Part shown: positions 57,293 through 64,000 of the stretch, one piece after another
Position numbering within the stretch: the stretch's first letter is position 1
Layout of the letters: each line of letters opens with the position of its first letter
Source of the DNA: Macrostomum lignano
Taxonomy: Eukaryota
NCBI GenBank assembly: GCA_002269645.1
Contig: NIVC01000860.1
Coordinates: forward strand, 124,001-188,000
Length of the DNA stretch: 64,000 bases
Direction of reading: 5' to 3'
Program-made: the position numbers and the translations under genes
Notes under the pieces: model-generated
What the model saw: only the letters and a program-made list of their open reading frames with translations
Database searches by the model: none
Told to the model about the DNA's origin: nothing

Positions 57293-57599
57293 TGAACATC
57301 CCTACTGTACATTAGCATGAGGCAGCACGCTGATCCATGAGCACGTATATTGAGATCAGGGCACTCAATTCCATGTACATAAACAAGACGCATCCGACTA
57401 GGCGGACTTCACTGCAATTCGTGTAAAACATTCACCTTTAGGGTAACAGATATTCAAGCGCATTCATGAGATGCCAACTACTTGCGATTCGTGAACAGGT
57501 ATTTTTGTATTTGCAGCATTCACAGCGTAAATTTTTTTTAAAAAACTTTTCTCTCAAAGATAATAATATTAGTTGATTACCCCTGTCTTAATGGCCACA

Positions 57600-57870
57600 T
57601 GTACAACCGACAGCTCAGCCGCAGCTATTGCGTGGCGCAACTGAAGGCTGCGTACGGCTGTTCAGTCCAAGGACTGGGGGGTCGCCACACACAGCCTCAA
57701 TTACCCCAGCTAATGCTGGTACCCATTTTACAGCTGGGTAAACTGAAACAATTCAAAGTTAAGTGTCTTGCTCAATGATACAAATTATTCCGAGTGGGTC
57801 GAAAATCAACCCCCCCCCCCAACTTTTAGTCGTGAGTCCGACGCTCTAACCAATAGGTTGAAACCCCTCT
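57600..57870 (-). mobile_element. Second copy of the CORE-like SINE (family A)
   Basis: Reverse complement of 46556-46850 (CCCATTTTACAGCTGGG, GTTAAGTGTCTTGCTCAA, GTCCAAGGACTGGGGG). Confidence 0.85.
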
Positions 57871-57937
57871 TTCGACTGTACTAGAAGTTAGAAAGTCAAG
57901 AAAGTCAGGGCCTTAAAAAAATTAATGAATGATTGTA

Positions 57938-58178
57938 CAGGGTGTCCCATAAGTGACTTTACAACTTGTTTCGTGAATAACTTTGTGATTAATGCTTGGA
58001 TCCCCACCAGATTTTAGCATACTTTTATTTAGCATACTGGTGGGGTGGGGAACATGCTTTTGGTATCAAAAAATCCCTTTTCTATATATTTTCTTATGCT
58101 AAAATCTGGTGGGGATCCAAGCATTAATCACAAAGTTATTCACGAAACAAGTTGTGGAGTTACTTATGGGACACCCTG
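57938..58178. mobile_element. Tc1/mariner-type palindromic MITE with TA target duplication
   Basis: TA-CAGGGTGTCCCATAAGT...ACTTATGGGACACCCTG-TA with ~85-bp inverted arms. Confidence 0.92.
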
Positions 58179-58953
58179 TACATATAGTGATATAGTGATG
58201 CAAAATGCCTTAATACGTCTGTACCTGCTCACAAAATACGATATTGGCAAAGCTGCAATGCATGTAAAAGCTGATGTGTGAAGTGTCTTATTTGCGTATC
58301 TTCCCCTCAAGCCCGCACCGAATACGTGAAGTATAGTAGGATTTCGCATGTTGTGTCAAATTCATGCGAATGCGTGCACCCACGTGTGCACGCGACGTGG
58401 GAACTATGGAAGCTATTCGAACAGTTGAGGATGGATCATAATTTAGCCGTGCGAGAATGGCTATAGGATCTGACCCAGAACGAGGGTAAGAGCGGGGCTG
58501 TGTATGGAGCTTAGTCAAAAAATTTGCCGGCACATGGACACGCTTGAACTTCGAGCACAATTCAGAAAAGCGTTCAATCAAGCATGCGAAACTAAACTAT
58601 AAATTTACTGATGTTTCTTATACACAAGCGCAAAAATTGTGTTTTCATAGCCAGCAATGTCGAAAAAAATTGAGAATTATGCAGTTGAAAGCACTCGGAC
58701 TGAAGACCCTGACAAAAAGCATTATTTATGCTACAATTAAGGCTAGAAAAACCTAACATGTTACAGACATCGACTACAAAAATCTTAGTAGACCTTGGTG
58801 ACAAACAATAGTCCCACATTTCGCAGCAATCTAAATATACTAAATCCATATACTAAAAATGGTCTGTCGGTAGGTATCTATCTAGTCTATACTAAAAACG
58901 ATTAAGGCAGAGCCATAAATACAAGCTCCTAGAACAAAAAAGGTCATGGCCTA

Positions 58954-60183
58954 TTACAGCGTCCTCTTCACGATGTGCACATAGTCCCACCTGACCCAGA
59001 TTGTGTCCCAGTCTCTGAAGTCTTCCGGATTGAGTCGCTTTAACGTAATCGGCGACATCAGTACAAAGAACCTGCTAGTAAAAAAGTTCACCAGGCGCCC
59101 ATAGTTTGGCGACATGGCCGCGCTGTCGTAGAAGTAGGAGCGCCGCCACTCCATCAGTACGACAACAACCTGTCGCTCGTCGATCAGCTTTGCGCTGCTT
59201 TCGAAGAAGTCGCGCTCTCTGGTCTCGAAGTGAATTTTCATCACAACGAACCGAGTCCTCAGGTGCGGAATGAGGTCATCTCCGAGTCCGGTAGCCACTG
59301 GAACCGTGTCGCGAACGACTGCAGACTTCGGGCTGCCTGAGCCGTCTCGGGCTCCAACGAGCTTGCAGGACTCGGCGTCGTACTGCAGGTACCGGATGCC
59401 GACCCGGGTATGGAAGAAGGCCCAGAAAAGCCGCAGCAGACCCGGCCGAGCCCGCAGCTTCCTGGCTGACAGCCGCAGTCGGACAAGGTTTCGAATGTTC
59501 CAGTCCACCGCGACTGTCGCGATTCCGGCGTCCACCGCTTGCAGGCTGTACACGCCGATGTCGCTGCCGACGTCAAGGAAGGTGACCTCGGACTTGGACA
59601 GAGCCCGCATGATGTCGATGAGCCGCGACACCAGCTGGAGCTCCCAGGACTGCGACCGGAAACTCGTCCGAGAAACAAGGCCGCGACCTCGGTACTTGAA
59701 GATGGTTATGTTCCGGTCAGCGACTCTGCTCGTCAGGTGGTCCACAGCGGCCGCTCGTCTCACTTCGTGCTCGATGCTGAGCGGCAGTCTGTCAGGCAGC
59801 TGACACAGCGGGAACTTGCCGCCAATGATGGTGAAGGCTGTGATGTTCTGGCACAGTCGTCTTCTCATGCCGTCATGGAGAAAGTTGACGCTGCTGAGCT
59901 CGGAGAAGCCGGCACAGCGGGTTGCAGAAAGCGTGTCCGATCGCAGGTGCGAAATAAGCCAGCAAAGCACTGAGGCCGTACAGACTGCCCCAAGCAAGAA
60001 TACGGGCCGCTTCCTAACACTGCAACACCTCACCCTTTTTCGATGCATTGCTGAAGACACAAATGATTTCGGCTGAATGCCCGCAGGCCGAAATCTGTTT
60101 GTGACCCTTGCAGTCGACTTTTCTGTCAGATGCCTCACGTGTTTTATCAAAGCGAATTTAGCTTTCCATTGGACTGAATCCAT
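58954..60183 (-). CDS. FkbM-family (class I SAM-dependent) methyltransferase-like type II membrane protein, single exon
   Basis: N-terminal basic segment plus TM helix (likely start Met at 60048); motif I TFLDVGSDIGVYSLQA; VAVD; VVMKIHFETRE; VVLMEW. Confidence 0.75.
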   Translation of the reverse strand: MDSVQWKAKFALIKHVRHLTEKSTARVTNRFRPAGIQPKSFVSSAMHRKRVRCCSVRKRPVFLLGAVCTASVLCWLISHLRSDTLSATRCAGFSELSSVNFLHDGMRRRLCQNITAFTIIGGKFPLCQLPDRLPLSIEHEVRRAAAVDHLTSRVADRNITIFKYRGRGLVSRTSFRSQSWELQLVSRLIDIMRALSKSEVTFLDVGSDIGVYSLQAVDAGIATVAVDWNIRNLVRLRLSARKLRARPGLLRLFWAFFHTRVGIRYLQYDAESCKLVGARDGSGSPKSAVVRDTVPVATGLGDDLIPHLRTRFVVMKIHFETRERDFFESSAKLIDERQVVVVLMEWRRSYFYDSAAMSPNYGRLVNFFTSRFFVLMSPITLKRLNPEDFRDWDTIWVRWDYVHIVKRTL

Positions 60184-61435
60184 ACACCAGAGCAGACCCT
60201 TTTTCGCAAGCTGCTCCGCAATTGCTTCCAGTCTTAGTGCTTCGTTCAGAGGCTGCTCAGCCTGAGAATGCGCTGTGCGTTGCCGCCAACCCCGCGCTTA
60301 AACCGTCAGCCACCCGACGAAAATCTTATTCTTTAGCTAGTAAGAAAGAAAGACAGAAATAAAGTCAGCCAAGCGAGCTCTGTGACATTAAAATAATAGA
60401 AACTGGCGCTTGCACGATCACGGCTGGACAACTGGGCAAGACATTCAAATAAATAAATTTACAGCAAACATACTCTTCCATGCATAGCTAGAGTTAATGC
60501 GCAGATCGTGCCTATATCAAAACATCGGGTGGCATTTCGTTGTCTTGACACCTTACTGTAATTCTTTGAACTGTCTAGCTACATGTAGTTATATACATAT
60601 CTAGCCTGAGACATGGGAGGCTGAAAATTTCTGAGATGCTAAGCCTCTCGGGGAATTACTTCAGCGACATTGTCCCACAACCAGTGCTGAGCCAATTCTG
60701 CCAATTCCACTGACTCCTGAACACATACAATCGCGCCCAGACTGTACGCAGGCACACACTCATGCACACGCGCTCACACAGGGTGCACAGGGAAACGAAC
60801 TTTCTAACCGTCGGGCATGTGAATATTTCGAAGCAGGGGTCGCATTGCGTGAGTCATTCCTATACTAGCAGCAAACGCTATAGCTGGTGTGCAAAGGAAG
60901 GGACAAAATAATTCGTACGGCTTCATTTGATGCCTCTTTGAATAAGCTTAAAAAGTTTTATTGAGATATTAAGTAGTGAATCAGAATCATATTGTTTACT
61001 TTGACTCTAACTTAATAGTATAGATAATCATTTCAGTAGCGCTGGATAGGGTATATAGTAGTACGACTCGTACACGCAAGAAGAATATAGAATTGAGGCA
61101 AATTTTAATCTTATATATACGAGTGGTTTTGCATTACAAGACAGTATAGAGGTGGTAGAGGTTACACATGCGATGTTGCATGCATAAGGTAACACTCAAC
61201 AAAGATAATTTATAGCACAAAGGTCAAGACGAAAAGGAACTATAGCTATACTATAAGTTTACTGGTAATAGATATCCACAGGCAGACTGCTAGGAGCTAT
61301 AGTGTGTCAATCAACTCAAAAATAAGTTGAACAAGGTTCTCAATTGTCACAGTGCATCGTCCAAGTTGTATCATGTCGAATTTGTAACATCGCATGAATA
61401 ACACGATGAGTAAATATCACTTTGCGAGGGATAAT

Positions 61436-62345
61436 ATATCACTTCACGAGAGAGGAAATGTCACTTCACGAGAAAGGAAATGTCACTTCACGAGAGAGGA
61501 AATGTCACTTCACGAGAGAGGAAATGTCACTTTAACAGAGAGAGGAAATGTCACTTCACGAGAGAGGAAATGTCACTTTAACAGAGAGAGGAAATGTCAC
61601 TTCACGAGAGAGGAAATGTCACTTTAACAGAGAGAGCAAATGTCACTTCACGAGAGAGGAAATGTCACTTCGCGAGAGAAGAGATGTCACTTCAAGAGAG
61701 AGAAAATGTCACTTCACGAGAGAGCAAATTTCACTTCAAGAGATAAAGGAAATGTCTTCCAAGAGAGAGCAAATGTCACTTCACGAGAGAGGAAATGTCA
61801 CTGCACGAGAGAGGAAATGTCACTTCACGAGAGAGGAAATGTCACTGCACGAGAGAGGAAATGTCACTTCACGAGAAAGGAAATGTCACTGCACGAGAAA
61901 GGAAATGTCACTGCACGAGAGAGGAAATGTCACTGCACGAGAGAGGAAATGTCACTTCACGAGAGAGGAAATGTCACTTTAACAGAGAGAGGAAATGTCA
62001 CTTCACCAGAGAGGAAATGTCACTTTAACAGAGAGAGGAAATGTCACTTCACGAGAGAGGAAATGTCACTTCACGAGAGAGGAAATGTCACTTTAACAGA
62101 GAGAGCAAATGTCACTTCACGAGAGAGGAAATGTCACTTCGCGAGAGAAGAGATGTCACTTCAAGAGAGAGGAAATGTCACTTCACGAGAGAGCAAATTT
62201 CACTTCAAGAGATAAAGGAAATGTCTTCCAAGAGAGAGCAAATGTCACTTCACGAGAGAGGAAATGTCACTTCACGAGAGAGGAAATGTCACTTCACGAG
62301 AGAGAAAATGTCACTTTACGTGAGAGGAAATGTCACTTCTCGAGA
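61436..62345. repeat. 22-bp minisatellite (GTCACTTCACGAGAGAGGAAAT) with a ~490-bp higher-order duplication
   Basis: Directly visible; the variant block AAGAGATAAAGGAAATGTCTTCC recurs at ~61738 and ~62208. Confidence 0.92.
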
Positions 62346-62488
62346 GAGTGACCGTGTTAACTGGGTTTATTTTTGTGTCATACTGTGACATGGCTGAATC
62401 ATATTTTTCGACAATAACAAGTAAATTGTACCTGCGACTGTGTAGTTCTAAGTTAGCTGTCCATGGAACGCCTGCAACGGGCAGCAAT

Positions 62489-63508
62489 TTAGCCGCAGTC
62501 AACAGAGAAAATGCGGACCTCCCCGTTAATCCCAGAATTTTCCTCCCGATGCGGCGCTGCAGGCCGTGCCGTTGCAGGCAGAGCCGCCGCCTCCTCCGGC
62601 GCATTCCGAGATGGCGCCGGCGCCGCCGCCGCTGTAGCCGCCGCCGCCGCCGCTGCCGCCGAAATAGCCGCTAGGAGCATAATTGGTCATTGTGCCCCTG
62701 GCGCCACCGCCGCCTCCGCCGAAGCCGCCGTCTCCGGTAGTGATCGTGTCGCCGCGGACGCCGCCCAGCCAGCCGCCGACGCGGCTGAAGCCCCCGGTGC
62801 CGTCGGTGGAGTAGACGACGGTGTTGGAGACCGTGTTGCCGTTCCAGCCGGCTCCAGGGCCACCTGGGCTGTGCCGGTTGTCCGGGTTGCCATGGAAACG
62901 CGACGGGCCCACCCTGCCCGGCTCGCCTCCGGCGCCTCCGATACCCGTGTATTCGACTGCTATGTGATATGAAGAGTCCAGTCCGTTGCCAAGCGAGTTG
63001 CCGTTCCTACCTGAAAGGTTTTTGCTCGCTTATTAGCACGAATAAAAGACGAGCCTTAGCGGTTGGCAATTCTGGGCTTGAGTCGCAATACACCATGCGA
63101 ATAAGAACAAACCTCAAATTAAAGTGAGCTCGCACTGCATGAACTACCCAAAAACTCATCGCAAAACAACAGCTCCATTAGCTGCAGTTCTTACCATCCG
63201 CATAGTAGGATGCTCCGCCGCCTCCGCCAGCTGCGATGAGCAGCTGGTTGTTGCTGCTCATGTACACGAAGCTGCCGCCGCCGCCGCCTGAGCCGACAAA
63301 CCTCAAATTGGAGTCTTGGCCCGCCTGGCCAACAACAATGGCTAGATCCGTTCCGGCAGTAGGCTGAAGGTGCCAGCGACGGAAGCGCCTCTGCCGGGCT
63401 GCTTGGCCTTGATGTAGTCGTAGCCGCCTCTGGCTCCAAGGACTTCGATGCGGTAGCAGACGGTTGCCGTAATGTGCAAGGCTTGAACGGAGCCGTCCTT
63501 TCCCGAGC
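62489..63508 (-). pseudogene. ALK/LTK-type glycine-rich-domain protein; exons 63195-63508 and 62489-63010, two apparent 1-nt frameshifts; 5' exon not identified
   Basis: YRIEVLGARGG...GRGASVAGTFSL / DLAIVVGQAG...GGGGGSFVY...LLIAAGGGGG, then [17 protein letters not shown] and NSGINGEVRI; GT-AG intron in phase. Confidence 0.75.
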
Positions 63509-63761
63509 CTGTGGCTGCATTTACAATTTTACACGACTATTTGAACGAGGCTTGCATCGTCCGACAACCAACCTTTGCCCATTCCGCTGACTCCAGACCA
63601 GATACAAGCGCGCACTCGTACACACGCTCACACAGGGTGTGTCAGCGGCCCTGACTCTCTAATCAATAGACATGTACACTCTCTTTGTGCCCTGGGGGGT
63701 TTGGCCCAAAATTTCTGTGCAAGAGTCAGAGACGCATTTACCATTTAAGGCTAAATGACAG

Positions 63762-63860
63762 AAGTACGGCTCAGTGGTAGCGCGTCTGACTCATGCCAGT
63801 TGTGCCTAAGTTTGATACGCTCGTAGAATACGTGGCCAAATTAATTTGGGGCTCGTGTGC
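63762..63860 (+). mobile_element. Decayed tRNA-like SINE head
   Basis: GTACGGCTCAGTGGTAGCGCGTCTGACTC followed by TTAATTTGGGGGCT as in family B. Confidence 0.4.
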
Positions 63861-64000
63861 AAAAATTCCTCAATTACGACATTCTTAAGTTCTTATTGAA
63901 TTTCTTCAATGGACGTGCGATGGACGCTAATGAGGGCCGATCTCCCATGGCGCAGAGTGTGCACACTGTAAGTACGCGAATGCCTTGAGTAAACAGCCTA

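Noticed and set aside
62886-62899. Perfect RFX X-box GTTGCCATGGAAAC
   Set aside because: It lies inside a coding exon (F-H-G-N codons) 9 kb from the ciliary gene's start; likely coincidental.

Overview
Animal (invertebrate) nuclear DNA, judged from GT-AG introns, GC-rich exons, AT-rich intergenic DNA and tRNA-derived SINEs; the species cannot be fixed from sequence alone. Bases 1 to ~17.6 kb are the right-hand part of an endogenous Polinton/Maverick (adintovirus-like) element. It encodes an A32-type packaging ATPase, an adenain-like protease, a protein-primed PolB, an rve integrase, a parvovirus-type PLA2, an adenovirus pX/mu-like core protein and several orphan ORFs; no capsid genes are in view. 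Its PolB is split by a young, complete Mag-like Ty3/Gypsy retrotransposon (4926-9577; 314-bp LTRs with one visible mismatch; GTTGG target duplication) and also has a nonsense codon. Next come a decayed hAT transposase, a very divergent intronless TBP-like pseudogene, and an otopetrin-like channel cut by one in-frame TAG at the N/C-domain linker. The rest holds two tandem Cys-loop channel genes (one with Arg at M2 -1'), a complete 15-exon IQCA1/DRC11 gene, a RING/propeller gene, an FkbM-like methyltransferase and an ALK/LTK-type glycine-rich-domain gene. MITEs, two SINE families and more than a dozen unrelated minisatellite arrays explain most of the long low-complexity ORFs in the track. All family assignments are from motif recognition by eye; no searches were run.
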